NCBI GenBank assembly: GCA_964291405.2
Contig: OZ219926.1
Span: 4,320,001 to 4,384,000 of the forward strand
DNA from: Thermodesulfobacteriota bacterium
Lineage (GTDB): Bacteria > Desulfobacterota > Binatia > Bin18
Reading direction: 5' to 3'
DNA length: 64,000 bases
Under the pieces are notes generated by a model that made no database searches, was not told the DNA's origin, and worked only from the letters and a program-made list of their open reading frames with translations. This document shows, one piece after another, positions 46,614 to 57,325 of the stretch. The translations under genes and the position numbers were made by a program. Position 1 is the first letter of the stretch. Every line of letters begins with the position of its first letter.

Positions 46614-47894
46614 TCATTGGGGAGACCAGAAGGCGATATGGCCGTCTGAGAGCCGCTGGGGTGTGGCATCTTCCGTGACTGGGACAACATAGACGGACGG
46701 GCCCCGAGAGCCTTGACCTGGGTTGGGGCGTATCTGCCCGCTAAAAGTAAAAAACTGGCTGTTCGGAGACCAGAGGCGATGCGAAAGCGCATACTGGTCG
46801 AAATACTGGAAAACGAGAATCTGGGGACGGGATGGAATGAAATCGACCACGGGAATGGATGTTCGGCTATGGACATCCACAACCATCCACGTCCAGTGCG
46901 CTCGCTCCGGGTTGCGTCTGGCATACAGGATACGAGTCCCGTCCGGAGACCAGAAAAAGGCCGCAACAGGCTCTTGAATCAGGGGATGCATCGTGCCTGT
47001 TGCCACGTCGAATAGGCGAACCTCCTCAAAGAGGGGCGCTCTGATAAAGGACGTGGTGGCAATGGCCAACAGGGGTTGAGTCGGGGACCATTCGAGGGCC
47101 ATCCGTCTTGGAACAAGCGCGACGGATTCAGGCCGACTGCCATCGCCGGCAGCGATCATCAGCGCCGCGGGTTCTTGGCCTGCTACCGTATTGCCATAGG
47201 CGAGCCATTTCCCATCAAAAGACCATGACGGTGGCCCAAATATCGAGGGTGAGCGAGAGAGCAGGTGCCGTTCGCCAGTGGGAATGGCCACAACGCTGAT
47301 GGAATGGCCGGCCGCTCCCCCGCGATTTCCTCCCGTATGGGCGAGCACGGCTTGTCCATCCGCGCGCCAATGAAAATAAAAGGGCGCACCCTGGGCAATC
47401 CTGTGAGGGCGCTGGCCATCTGACGTCGGCCAGAGGTTTAATGAAAAAGGTCCTCGCCCGCCCAAAAGGACGCCCAATTGCTGGCTCGTGGGCGACCAAT
47501 AGGCATAAATGGGTTGGAGGCCGGGTTCTTTATAGGAGTGGAGGATTTGGGCGCTGACACCGTCAAAGATATACAGCCCATCCGTGAGTTGACCGCCGTC
47601 GAGCTCAACGCGAAAGCTGGCCAGGCGCTGTCCGTCGGGCGACCAGACTGGCCAGCTGTAAAAGTCCTGATTACGCTGGACCGAGCGAGGCGCGAAATCG
47701 GCCTGCTGGAGCATTTCGCCGGAGGCCATTTTTTGGCGACCGGTTCCGTCCGGCCGAATGGTATACAGGTCGCCGGCGCGATCAATATAGGCGATCCGAT
47801 TGACCGGTGGTGCCGCGCTCGGACTCGGCGCGTGCGTCAGGAGAAGAGCAATCGTAAGGAGAAAGGAAAGAAAAACATGGCAGCGTGCAGTCAT
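46614..47894 (-). CDS. Secreted TolB-like/PD40 beta-propeller protein
   Basis: Signal peptide; repeated WSPDG/WSP motifs. Confidence 0.8.
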   Translation of the reverse strand: MTARCHVFLSFLLTIALLLTHAPSPSAAPPVNRIAYIDRAGDLYTIRPDGTGRQKMASGEMLQQADFAPRSVQRNQDFYSWPVWSPDGQRLASFRVELDGGQLTDGLYIFDGVSAQILHSYKEPGLQPIYAYWSPTSQQLGVLLGGRGPFSLNLWPTSDGQRPHRIAQGAPFYFHWRADGQAVLAHTGGNRGGAAGHSISVVAIPTGERHLLSRSPSIFGPPSWSFDGKWLAYGNTVAGQEPAALMIAAGDGSRPESVALVPRRMALEWSPTQPLLAIATTSFIRAPLFEEVRLFDVATGTMHPLIQEPVAAFFWSPDGTRILYARRNPERAHWTWMVVDVHSRTSIPVVDFIPSRPQILVFQYFDQYALSHRLWSPNSQFFTFSGQIRPNPGQGSRGPSVYVVPVTEDATPQRLSDGHIAFWSPQ

Positions 47895-48091
47895 GATCGC
47901 CCCGGTCCACGGCCACGATAGCAGAGTTTGTGAGAAGGGCAACGATCCAGGAGAAAGGAGCGGGCAGGGGTATATCAACAGGCTGAGCTTGACGGCCCCG
48001 CGTCCCGTTCGGTACGAATGCTGGTCATGGCGAAAAGGATTTCGTTAGTGCGGGAGAACTCCGCAGTGCAGCGAGAGGAGGGGCGGAGAAG

Positions 48092-49267
48092 ATGAAGCGT
48101 ATTGCCATTCTCGGTTCGACCGGCTCCATCGGGGTGTCGACGCTCGATATTGTTGGGCGTTTTCCTGAAAAATTTCGTGTGGTTGCCCTCGCGGCCGGCA
48201 AAAACCTGACGCAACTCATCGCGCAGATCAAATCTTTTCAACCTCTCCTGGTCTCTCTCTCCCAAGAAGAGGACGCAAAAAAGCTACGGCAGGAACTGCC
48301 CGATTTCGAGGGTGATATCGTCTGGGGGGCAGACGGGCTGCTCGCGACCGCGACGCATGAAGACGCGGATATGGTCATGGCCGCCCTTGTGGGGGCCATC
48401 GGACTTCCCCCGACCTTGGCGGCCATACGGGCGGGCAAAGATGTCGCCTTAGCCAACAAAGAAGCCTTGGTCGTGTCCGGCGAACTCATGACGCGTGAGG
48501 CTGCGCAGCACGGAGTGCAACTCCTGCCGGTTGACAGTGAACATAATGCTATTTTTCAGGCCCTGCACGGACACAGACAGGAACGGGTCAAGCGCATTAT
48601 TCTGACCGCCTCCGGCGGACCGTTTTTACACCGTCCGGCTGAGGACTTTCAGACCATACGCATAGAAGAGGCGCTGCAGCACCCGACCTGGAAGATGGGC
48701 AATAAAATCACGATTGACTCGGCAACGCTGATGAACAAGGGGCTTGAAGTCATTGAGGCGCGCTGGCTTTTCAATCTGCCCCCTGAGCAAGTATCGGTGA
48801 TCGTGCATCCACAAAGTATCGTGCACTCCCTGGTGGAGTATGTGGATGGATCGGTGCTGGCTCAGTTGGGCATTCCTGATATGCGGGTGCCGATTTCCTA
48901 TATTCTCGCCTATCCGGACCGTTTGCCGCTCACACATCTACCGCAGTTGAATCTGGCCGAGGCGGCCCGGCTCGAATTTGTCGAGCCGGATTATGACAAG
49001 TTTCCCTGCCTGGGTTTAGCCTATACGGCGCTGGGGCGGGGGGGGACGTGCCCCGCAGCGCTCAACGCCGCGAACGAAGTATCTGTGGCGTCGTTTCTTT
49101 CCGGACGAATAGCCTTCACCGACATTGCCGACATCAATAAGCAGGTCCTCACCGCCCATGCTGTCCAGCCGGTGAAAGACCTGGAGAGCGTTCTTGAGGC
49201 CGATGGGTGGGCACGCGCCCAGGCGAAAAAGATCGCCGGTATATCCGAACAGACTGCGGCGGCCTAG
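48092..49267 (+). CDS. dxr: 1-deoxy-D-xylulose-5-phosphate reductoisomerase
   Basis: LGSTGSIG, LANKE, PVDSEH, MGNKITIDSAT. Confidence 0.97.
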   Translation: MKRIAILGSTGSIGVSTLDIVGRFPEKFRVVALAAGKNLTQLIAQIKSFQPLLVSLSQEEDAKKLRQELPDFEGDIVWGADGLLATATHEDADMVMAALVGAIGLPPTLAAIRAGKDVALANKEALVVSGELMTREAAQHGVQLLPVDSEHNAIFQALHGHRQERVKRIILTASGGPFLHRPAEDFQTIRIEEALQHPTWKMGNKITIDSATLMNKGLEVIEARWLFNLPPEQVSVIVHPQSIVHSLVEYVDGSVLAQLGIPDMRVPISYILAYPDRLPLTHLPQLNLAEAARLEFVEPDYDKFPCLGLAYTALGRGGTCPAALNAANEVSVASFLSGRIAFTDIADINKQVLTAHAVQPVKDLESVLEADGWARAQAKKIAGISEQTAAA

Positions 49268-49349
49268 GCAGACGAGAGGGGACCGGTGGACCGGCAACCG
49301 AACCAGAGGGCTGAGCGGGGGCCGGCATGCGGACCGGTGAAAAAACGAA

Positions 49350-50303
49350 ATGAGTGAGGAAGCCGGCAGGTTTCAGGAGCAGCCTGCGGCCGTGCTCTCT
49401 CCGTCGCCGCAGGGAGGCTCGCTCGCGGATGCGTACGCCTATTGTCGTGATATTACCCAGCGCAGCTCGTCGAATTTTTATTATGCCTTCCGGCTCCTGA
49501 CCCGGGAGCAGCATAATGCGCTTTGCGCGCTATACGCCTTTTGTCGATTCGTGGATGATATCACGGACCAAGACCTCTCCCCCGTTGACGAGAAACAACC
49601 CCAGAACCGAAAAGAGCGACTCGCTCAACTCCTGGACACGTGGCGAGAGGAACTCATCTGCTGCTATGAGGGGACTCCACGTCATCCTATTTCGCGGGCC
49701 TTGGCCGATGCGGTGCGGCGTTTTCCCATTCAACAGGAACACCTGGCCGGCATTATCGACGGTGTGGCCATGGATCTCAGTCGGACCCGCTACCAGACGT
49801 TCTCAGAGCTATATGAATACTGTTACCGGGTTGCCTCTTTGGTCGGCCTCGTCTGCATAGAAATCTTTGGTTACCAATCGCCGCAAGCACGGGACTACGC
49901 CGTTAATCTGGGTATTGCGTTTCAACTGACGAATATCCTGCGGGATGTGGGCGAGGACGCGCAACGGGATCGGATTTACCTGCCGCTTGCAGACCTGGAC
50001 CGGTTTGCATACTCGGAGCAGGAACTCCTGAATCATGAGTATAACACGGCCTTCCTGAAACTGATGACGTTCGAGGGCCAACGCGCTCAGGAGTATTATA
50101 GCCGGGCGGTCAGCTTGCTGGATCGTCACGACCGCCGCTCTCTTGTTGCCGCGGAAGCCATGCGGCTCATTTATCATGGACTGCTCAAAAGAATTGCGTC
50201 GCAGCAATTCAAGGTTTTCCAACGTCGGGTGACGCTGCCCACCCCATTGAAGGTAGGCTTGGCCTTAGCCGCCTGGGGGCGGAGCCTGTTTGTTTTCCCT
50301 TAA
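49350..50303 (+). CDS. Squalene/phytoene synthase family protein (HpnD-like)
   Basis: SNFYYAF, YAFCRFVDD, QLTNILRDVGED. Confidence 0.88.
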   Translation: MSEEAGRFQEQPAAVLSPSPQGGSLADAYAYCRDITQRSSSNFYYAFRLLTREQHNALCALYAFCRFVDDITDQDLSPVDEKQPQNRKERLAQLLDTWREELICCYEGTPRHPISRALADAVRRFPIQQEHLAGIIDGVAMDLSRTRYQTFSELYEYCYRVASLVGLVCIEIFGYQSPQARDYAVNLGIAFQLTNILRDVGEDAQRDRIYLPLADLDRFAYSEQELLNHEYNTAFLKLMTFEGQRAQEYYSRAVSLLDRHDRRSLVAAEAMRLIYHGLLKRIASQQFKVFQRRVTLPTPLKVGLALAAWGRSLFVFP

Positions 50304-50552
50304 TCCGGCTGTCAGGATTTTCCTATCGAAGGGAAAAGAGCGAGGAGTGTCGGGACTGTGGGTATCCTGGCGGCAGGCGGAAAGCGTACGCTCTCCCGGG
50401 TTGGCTCTAATGGGAAAGACGGGAATCTGGGCAAGACGCACAGCGTCCCTAGGGTGCATGCAGGCTGACAGAGAAATGCAAGAGGGGAGGCGGGCCGAAC
50501 TCACGAGTTCGGCTGAAGCGTCTCCTGTTCGGACGTTTCTCTGAGGATGTAT

Positions 50553-50963
50553 TCAGGCGACTGCGCGGAGCTTCTTCCCGCCTCGGGAGGAGTTTTTCAT
50601 CCCCTCATTGTCTGGGAGATGTTCCGCGATGTTCGTCTTCGCGTAGTGCGAACCTGGAAAAAGTGAGCGGATGGCAAACGCGACTTGTCCCATAAGGCGC
50701 TTGACGCCAACCGTTTTTTCTACTGGAGAAGTCGGCTCAAGGCGAACCATAGCCCCATTACTCTTTTTGCACACCTGGATAAAAAACTGTTGTTTTTTCC
50801 CCGGTTCTATAACGAGCGCTTCGAGGAGGATTTTGGTACACTCGGTATTAATATAGTACTCGCTGACGCGTTTAATGCCATCCGGGTCACGGAGAAACAT
50901 CTCTGGCCGACGGATAATGATCTGGCGTAGGTCCATCGGCCCTTGGATTGTTACGTTTGGCAT
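50553..50963 (-). CDS. Hypothetical protein
   Basis: 136-aa ORF with AGGAG upstream. Confidence 0.65.
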   Translation of the reverse strand: MPNVTIQGPMDLRQIIIRRPEMFLRDPDGIKRVSEYYINTECTKILLEALVIEPGKKQQFFIQVCKKSNGAMVRLEPTSPVEKTVGVKRLMGQVAFAIRSLFPGSHYAKTNIAEHLPDNEGMKNSSRGGKKLRAVA

Positions 50964-51214
50964 AAGCCCTCTCCTTAATATGAAACGCCCTGTCTGGAAT
51001 CACGTTTCCCCTGCTCTCAGCGTGTCCCAGAGCCCTCTGTTCGCAGCTTTGCCTGCCCCTCCACAGACAGATGTATATGCTATGTATCTGCCGCTTGTCG
51101 GACGGTCAAGTCTTAGGGGGTGTATGGGGAGTGTTCGGCTACTTTACAGATTGTTAGGACACCAGTTATAAGCTCCTGTAAGAGCGTCGAAATCTATGAG
51201 AAGAGAGAACGGTT

Positions 51215-52438
51215 ATGTTTTCAGTCACTTCGAGCGCCCCCGATCATAAGAGCCCGCATATTGCATCGATTCCGGAAGCGATCGAAGAAATTCGGGCTGG
51301 ACGCATGATCATTCTGATGGATGACGAAGATCGGGAGAACGAGGGTGACCTGTGCATGGCAGCGGAAAAGGTGACACCCGAAGCCATTAACTTTATGGCA
51401 AAACAGGGACGTGGGTTGATTTGTATGCCCATGGCCGAGGAGCGCATTGACACCCTCGGGCTGCCGATGATGGTAGCCAAGAATACGGCTCCTCTTGGAA
51501 CAGCCTTTACCATGTCTTTTGACGCCCGAAGGGGAGTGACACGGGGAGTTTCGGCGGAGGACCGAGCCACGACCATTCTGACGGCCACCCGGAAAGACGC
51601 GCGTCCTGAAGATTTTGTCGTCCCCGGTCATGTCTTCCCGCTACGCGCGCGGAAGGGGGGCGTCTTGGTCCGCACCGGACAGACCGAAGGCTCGGTTGAT
51701 CTCTCCCGCTTGGCCGGCCTCGACCCGTCTGGGATCATTTGTGAGATTATGCGAGAGGACGGGACCATGGCTCGTCTGCCCGACCTGGAAGAATTTGCCG
51801 TTGAGTACGGACTGAAAATCGCCACGATTGCCGACCTTATCCATTATCGTCTTGAAAATGATTCCTTAGTCCATCGTGTTGCTGAGGCCCGTCTGCCGAC
51901 CCAGTACGGGGGAGAATTTACGGCCCACGTCTATACCAGCGATGTGGACGAGGCCGAGCATTTTGTGTTGGTTAAGGGCGAGATCGACCCGGATGAGGCC
52001 GTGCTCGTTCGACCGCACGCTGAGTATGTGCCGGGAGACGTCTTTGGCTATACCTTTGGGAATACCAGCGCTCTCCTACAGCAGTCTATGGCCATGATCG
52101 CCGCAGCGGGAAAGGGGGTCATTCTCTACCTGCGCCAAGGCGGTCAGGGAGAGCAACTCTTCCGGGATACGAGCCGGACGGATAAACATGCCAACAAAGG
52201 CGCGGAGCAGGCAAGTACGAATCCGGGTTCCCAGTTGCGAGATTTTCGGGATTATGGCATTGGCGCCCAGATTTTACGTGACTTGGGCGTCCGCAAGATG
52301 CGACTCTTAACGAACTCTCCGCGGCGTTTAGTGAGTCTGCCGGGATACGGACTTGAGGTTGTAGAAACCGTTCCATTAGACATGTATTCCCGTCAGCAGT
52401 CTTCTGCCAGAAAAAAAATACAGTCTGCCTCAGCGTAA
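51215..52438 (+). CDS. ribB: DHBP synthase fused to a degenerate GTP cyclohydrolase II (RibBX-like)
   Basis: DDEDRENEGD, PGHVFPL; the GCHII part lacks the zinc cysteines. Confidence 0.9.
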   Translation: MFSVTSSAPDHKSPHIASIPEAIEEIRAGRMIILMDDEDRENEGDLCMAAEKVTPEAINFMAKQGRGLICMPMAEERIDTLGLPMMVAKNTAPLGTAFTMSFDARRGVTRGVSAEDRATTILTATRKDARPEDFVVPGHVFPLRARKGGVLVRTGQTEGSVDLSRLAGLDPSGIICEIMREDGTMARLPDLEEFAVEYGLKIATIADLIHYRLENDSLVHRVAEARLPTQYGGEFTAHVYTSDVDEAEHFVLVKGEIDPDEAVLVRPHAEYVPGDVFGYTFGNTSALLQQSMAMIAAAGKGVILYLRQGGQGEQLFRDTSRTDKHANKGAEQASTNPGSQLRDFRDYGIGAQILRDLGVRKMRLLTNSPRRLVSLPGYGLEVVETVPLDMYSRQQSSARKKIQSASA

Positions 52439-52453
52439 GAGTCTGACTCCACC

Positions 52454-53347
52454 ATGTATCGTTCGACTCCCGCCGATGTGCTCGTAAAGGCAACGGCTGC
52501 GAATAATACCATCCGGGCTCTGGCCGTTGTGACCACTGGTGTTGCGGAAGAAGCACGGGGCCGTCATCAAACTGCCCCCACAGCGACTGCCGCCCTCGGG
52601 CGTGTCATGACCGCGGGACTGCTCATTGGCAGTATGATGAAAGAGGAGGAGCAACTCTCCATTCAGTTTATGGGCAGCGGCCCCCTCCAAGGGGTGGTGA
52701 TTGATGCCAATGCCAAAGGAGAAGTCCGTGGTTTTGTCTATCAACCCCGGGCACACCTCCCCATAAAAAACGGCAAGCTGGATGTTGGTGGCGTTGTCGG
52801 AAAGGGAACCATGGCCGTTGTGCGACGGCAGCACTGGGATAAAGAGCCCTATCGTTCCGTGCTGCCGATTGTGTCCGGAGAAATCGGTCTGGATATTGCC
52901 AACTATTTGCTGACCTCAGAACAAGTGCCTTCTGTGGTGAGCCTGGGGGTCTTTGTCCAGCCTGACGAAGTGGTCTCCGCTGCCGGTGGTTTCATCATCC
53001 AGGCCATGCCGGACGCGGAGGACTCGACGCTGGCTGGCATAGAAGAGGCAGTAGCCCAGGCGAGGCCGGTCAGCCATATGGTGCGTGACGGGCTCGCTGC
53101 GTGGGACATCTTGAGGCAGGTGCTCGCGGATTTTTCGCCAACGCTCCTGGACGAGATGCCGGTCCGCTTTGCGTGTCGCTGTTCGCGCGAACGCGTTCAG
53201 GGCATTATTGTTGCTCTTGGTGCGGAAGAAGTAGAAAGGTTACTTGAGAAAGAGGGCCGGATCTCAGCCGCCTGTGAATTCTGTGCCGAGCAGTACGTCA
53301 TTGGATCAGAAGAAGCGCGGGCGCTTTTGGCAGACGCACAAAGTTAA
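52454..53347 (+). CDS. hslO: Hsp33 redox chaperone
   Basis: CRCS...CEFC zinc motif; AAGGFIIQAMP. Confidence 0.95.
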   Translation: MYRSTPADVLVKATAANNTIRALAVVTTGVAEEARGRHQTAPTATAALGRVMTAGLLIGSMMKEEEQLSIQFMGSGPLQGVVIDANAKGEVRGFVYQPRAHLPIKNGKLDVGGVVGKGTMAVVRRQHWDKEPYRSVLPIVSGEIGLDIANYLLTSEQVPSVVSLGVFVQPDEVVSAAGGFIIQAMPDAEDSTLAGIEEAVAQARPVSHMVRDGLAAWDILRQVLADFSPTLLDEMPVRFACRCSRERVQGIIVALGAEEVERLLEKEGRISAACEFCAEQYVIGSEEARALLADAQS

Positions 53348-53457
53348 CCGATCGGCTTTGCACTCTCTCCCGCGCCGTCACTCCCCGTCTTTGTGAGCAA
53401 ACTGAAGAGCGCTTCAGGGGAGTCCAAGCCTATTCGGCAGGCTGACAGACAGATAAC

Positions 53458-54327
53458 TTACGCCGAGACGGTGAGTGACCGGATTAACGCGTTTGACATG
53501 ACCCTGACTGGGGCCGGATGGCCGGTCCAGAGTTCAAAAGCGAGTGCGCCCTGATGCAGTAGCATGCGGCGACCGTCCAGCGTCGGGCGTTGAGCGTGGT
53601 GAGCGTGCTGCAAGAAGAGAGTCGGCTGAGGCCCGTAGACTAAATCATAAAAGAGACATCTGCGCGGTGTTGCTCCGTAGTCGAGAGTCGGGAAAGTGTC
53701 GTTGTGGAGGCCGAGCGGGATACTGTTCACTACGAGAGCGGTGCGTTTCATGAGGGTGGGGTCTTGGAGTGCCTCCAGAGATGCAGGCACGAGCTGTGTC
53801 GTGCCCAGCGATCGATATGCACGTATCAGCTTTTTCGCGTTGGCCGGCGTTCGGTTGGCAATGGTAATCCGCGCGCTGCCTGCCTGAATGAGAGCTACCA
53901 AAACAGCCCGGGCTGCCCCGCCTGCGCCAATCAGCACAACCTCGCGGTCCCGGACTGAGCGGTTGCGTTCCGAGAGTGAGCGTAAAAACCCTTGCCCATC
54001 CGTGTTCTCTCCGTAGAGGGTACCGTGCCGATTGATAACCGTATTAACTGCTCGATACAGGCTGGCCGCTGGACTGAGTTCATCCAGATAGCGAAGGATC
54101 TTTTCCTTGTGGGGGACGGTGACATTAACCCCGACAAGATTGAGGGCACGAATACTGGAGGTCGCCTTCCCGAGCGCGGGAGGAGGGACGGAGAAGGGAA
54201 TATAAATATACGGGAGGCCCAACGCTCGGAATGCCGCATTATGCATGGTTGGCGAGCGGGTATGGGCAATAGGGCTGCCGAAAATCCCAATAACCTGGGT
54301 TTCTCCATTCACACTCAAGGTGGCCAT
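53458..54327 (-). CDS. aroE: Shikimate dehydrogenase
   Basis: SPTMHN, NVTVPHK, NTDG, GAGGAA. Confidence 0.95.
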   Translation of the reverse strand: MATLSVNGETQVIGIFGSPIAHTRSPTMHNAAFRALGLPYIYIPFSVPPPALGKATSSIRALNLVGVNVTVPHKEKILRYLDELSPAASLYRAVNTVINRHGTLYGENTDGQGFLRSLSERNRSVRDREVVLIGAGGAARAVLVALIQAGSARITIANRTPANAKKLIRAYRSLGTTQLVPASLEALQDPTLMKRTALVVNSIPLGLHNDTFPTLDYGATPRRCLFYDLVYGPQPTLFLQHAHHAQRPTLDGRRMLLHQGALAFELWTGHPAPVRVMSNALIRSLTVSA

Positions 54328-54377
54328 GCCGAAAAGAGCCCCCGGTAGGTGAGAGAATACCTAGCGCTGCGAGATCT

Positions 54378-57236
54378 CTAGTGGGTTGACCCTTGCGCAA
54401 GGGCCGCGCCCGATGGTTTGACGGATGTTTTCCGCGCAGTCCGCGGCTCGTTCGCCATCTGCTCCTTGAGGGCGGCGTGGGCTGCGGCAAGACGCGCAAT
54501 CGGTACGCGATAGGGCGAACAGGAAACATAGTTCAAGCCGATATTGTGGCAGAACTCGACCGAAGCGGGGTCTCCGCCATGTTCGCCGCAGATCCCGATT
54601 TTTAAGCCCTCTCTGACGGCGCGTGCTTTTTGGACGGCGGAGGCCATCAGTTCGCCTACGCCATCCAGGTCGAGCGACCCAAACGGATCCTGGGGGAAGA
54701 TGCCTTGCGAGACGTAGTCGGGGAGAAATTTTCCGGAGTCGTCCCGGCTCAGCCCGAGCGTCATCTGCGTCAAGTCGTTTGTCCCAAAGGAAAAGAAATC
54801 GGCGGCCGCGGCAATATGATCGGCTCGCAGGGCAGCTCGGGGTACTTCGATCATGGTGCCGATCGAATACTGCGGCGTGGCGCCCTGGGAGGCGATAACC
54901 TCGGCACAGACATGGGCAATCCGCTTGCGCAAGATTTCAAGTTCACGCTTATGGCCGACAAGGGGGACCATGATCTCGGGCAGCACGGTGATGCCGGATC
55001 GCGTCAGCTCACAGGCCGCTTCCATAATCGCCGTCACTTGGGCTTCATAGATTTCTGGAAAAGTGATGCCCAGACGACAGCCCCGATGCCCTAACATCGG
55101 GTTCAGTTCGTACAGCACATGCCGTTTGGTATGCAGGCGTTCCACGGGAACGTGGAGCTTCCCGGCGAGTTCCTCCAGGTCTTTATCCGTCTGCGGCAGA
55201 AATTCGTGCAGTGGCGGATCAAAGAGGCGGATTGTGACCGGCAGGCCCTCCATCGCGCGTAAAATGCCGATAAAGTCTGCCTTTTGCATGGGAACAATTT
55301 TCTCCAAGGCCCGAATACGCCCGATCGTGTCATCGGCCAGGATCATCTCTCGGACGGCGTCGATACGGTCTCCCTCAAAGAACATATGTTCGGTGCGACA
55401 CAGGCCAATACCTTCGGCGCCAAAGGCGCGTGCCACTTGCGCGTCACGTGGGGTATCGGCATTGGCGCGGACGCGCAGGCGACGCAGGCGATCCGCCCAG
55501 GTCATCAGAGCTCTGAAGGATGGGCTTTCTATTTTGGGTGCGCTGGTTGGCACCCGACCCCGGAAGACTTCTCCGGTTGAGCCGTCCAGGGTAATGAGGT
55601 CCCCGGCTCGGAGGACCAGGTCTGTGCCGCGCACACGGAAGATTTGCTGAGCGTAATCAATTTCAAGCGCCTCGCAGCCGACGACGGCGCACTTGCCCAT
55701 ACCCCGGCTCACCAGGGCGGCGTGTGAGCTGGCTCCGCCCCGGGTGGTCAGGATGCCTTCCGCGGCATTCATGCCATTGATGTCTTCCGGCGAGGTTTCA
55801 ATCCGAACCAGGATGACCTGCCGTTCGGCCCGCGTCGCGGCTTCGGCATCCTCGGCAGAGAAGACGACTTCCCCGCTGACCGCCCCAGGCGATGCGGGCA
55901 GGCCGCGGGCGATCGGCTCCTTTGGGGCCTCTGGATCAAGAATGGGATGGAGCAACTGATCGAGCTGAGCTGGGGCGACCCGCAGGATGGCTTGTTCCTC
56001 ATTAATGAGACTTTCGTACACCATGTCCACAGCGACCTGGACGGCAGCGGCTGCTGTCCGCTTGGCCGTTCGGGTCTGGAGCATCCATAACTGGCCGTGC
56101 TCTGAGGTGAACTCGATATCTTGGACGTCGCTGTAATGCGCTTCGAGCGTGTGGGCGACCGCTTTCAGTTGCTCAAAGCTGTCCGGCATCTGCTCTTCCA
56201 GAGCCGGGTAGCGTTCTTTCCGCTCCTCTTCCGAACATCCTTCTCGTTGGGCGCGCTGACGTGACGCCGAGAGGGTGATCTGCTGGGGCGTGCGGATACC
56301 GGCAACGACATCTTCTCCTTGGGCGTTAATGAGAAAATCGCCGTTCAGCTCGTTTGCACCGGTAGACAGGTCGCGGGTGAAGGCAACGCCGGTGGCGCAA
56401 TCATCTCCCAGATTCCCAAACACCATGGCCTGAATCGTGACCGCGGTGCCCCATTCGTCCGGGATGTTCTCCAGCCTGCGATACGTGGCCGCTCGGGTAT
56501 TATTCCACGAACCGAACACCGCGCCGATCGCGCCCCAGAGTTGATCGTGGGGGTCATCGGGAAACGGGATACTCGACCGCTCTTGAATCAGGCCCTTGAA
56601 TGCGGAAACGAGGGCTTGGAGGTCTTCGGCCGTGAATTGAGTGTCAAAGTCTATCTCTCGTGCAGCCTTTTTCTCCTCAATAATCCGCTCAAAAGGGTCC
56701 CGCTCTGTCTTTGAGTGAGGCTTGAGACCGAGCACGACATCCCCGTACATCTGAACAAAGCGGCGGTAGCAGTCATAGGCAAAACGCGGGTTACCGGACT
56801 GCTGAATGAGCCCCTGGACGGTCTTATCGTTGAGGCCGAGATTCAGCACCGTATCCATCATGCCGGGCATGGAAACTCGGGCGCCCGAGCGGACCGACAA
56901 GAGCAGGGGATTGGTCGCGTTCCCAAAGCGGCGACCCATAATTTTTTCGATTCGCCGCAAACCCGTCCGGACCTGCTGCGAGAGTTCCGGCGGATAGGTA
57001 CGGCCATAGGTATAGTAATAGTTGCAGACTTCGGTTGTGATCGTCATACCAGGCGGAACGGGCAGACCAAGTTCGGCCATTTCCGCCAGATTTGCGCCCT
57101 TGCCACCGAGGAGCCAGTTGAGGCTCGCCCTCCCATCGGCCTGGCCGGCACCGAAAGAGTAGACATACCGTTTGCGCCGTGATCGCTTCTGCCGCTTTGG
57201 CAGCCCGTTTTGTGTGTTGGTATCCATGAGTTGCAT
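54378..57236 (-). CDS. ppdK: Pyruvate, phosphate dikinase
   Basis: LGGKGANLAEM, GGASSHAA, GLCRTEHMF, FSFGTNDLTQ. Confidence 0.97.
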   Translation of the reverse strand: MQLMDTNTQNGLPKRQKRSRRKRYVYSFGAGQADGRASLNWLLGGKGANLAEMAELGLPVPPGMTITTEVCNYYYTYGRTYPPELSQQVRTGLRRIEKIMGRRFGNATNPLLLSVRSGARVSMPGMMDTVLNLGLNDKTVQGLIQQSGNPRFAYDCYRRFVQMYGDVVLGLKPHSKTERDPFERIIEEKKAAREIDFDTQFTAEDLQALVSAFKGLIQERSSIPFPDDPHDQLWGAIGAVFGSWNNTRAATYRRLENIPDEWGTAVTIQAMVFGNLGDDCATGVAFTRDLSTGANELNGDFLINAQGEDVVAGIRTPQQITLSASRQRAQREGCSEEERKERYPALEEQMPDSFEQLKAVAHTLEAHYSDVQDIEFTSEHGQLWMLQTRTAKRTAAAAVQVAVDMVYESLINEEQAILRVAPAQLDQLLHPILDPEAPKEPIARGLPASPGAVSGEVVFSAEDAEAATRAERQVILVRIETSPEDINGMNAAEGILTTRGGASSHAALVSRGMGKCAVVGCEALEIDYAQQIFRVRGTDLVLRAGDLITLDGSTGEVFRGRVPTSAPKIESPSFRALMTWADRLRRLRVRANADTPRDAQVARAFGAEGIGLCRTEHMFFEGDRIDAVREMILADDTIGRIRALEKIVPMQKADFIGILRAMEGLPVTIRLFDPPLHEFLPQTDKDLEELAGKLHVPVERLHTKRHVLYELNPMLGHRGCRLGITFPEIYEAQVTAIMEAACELTRSGITVLPEIMVPLVGHKRELEILRKRIAHVCAEVIASQGATPQYSIGTMIEVPRAALRADHIAAAADFFSFGTNDLTQMTLGLSRDDSGKFLPDYVSQGIFPQDPFGSLDLDGVGELMASAVQKARAVREGLKIGICGEHGGDPASVEFCHNIGLNYVSCSPYRVPIARLAAAHAALKEQMANEPRTARKTSVKPSGAALAQGSTH

Positions 57237-57325
57237 CCATTATGACGGTTATCTAACCATAATTCTATCCGTCATAACGGGTGGAGGTCTAGCCTTAGTA
57301 TAGGCGAGCAGCCCTGTCACCCGCT

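Noticed and set aside
50964-51214. FMN riboswitch upstream of ribB
   Set aside because: No RFN consensus segments recognised.
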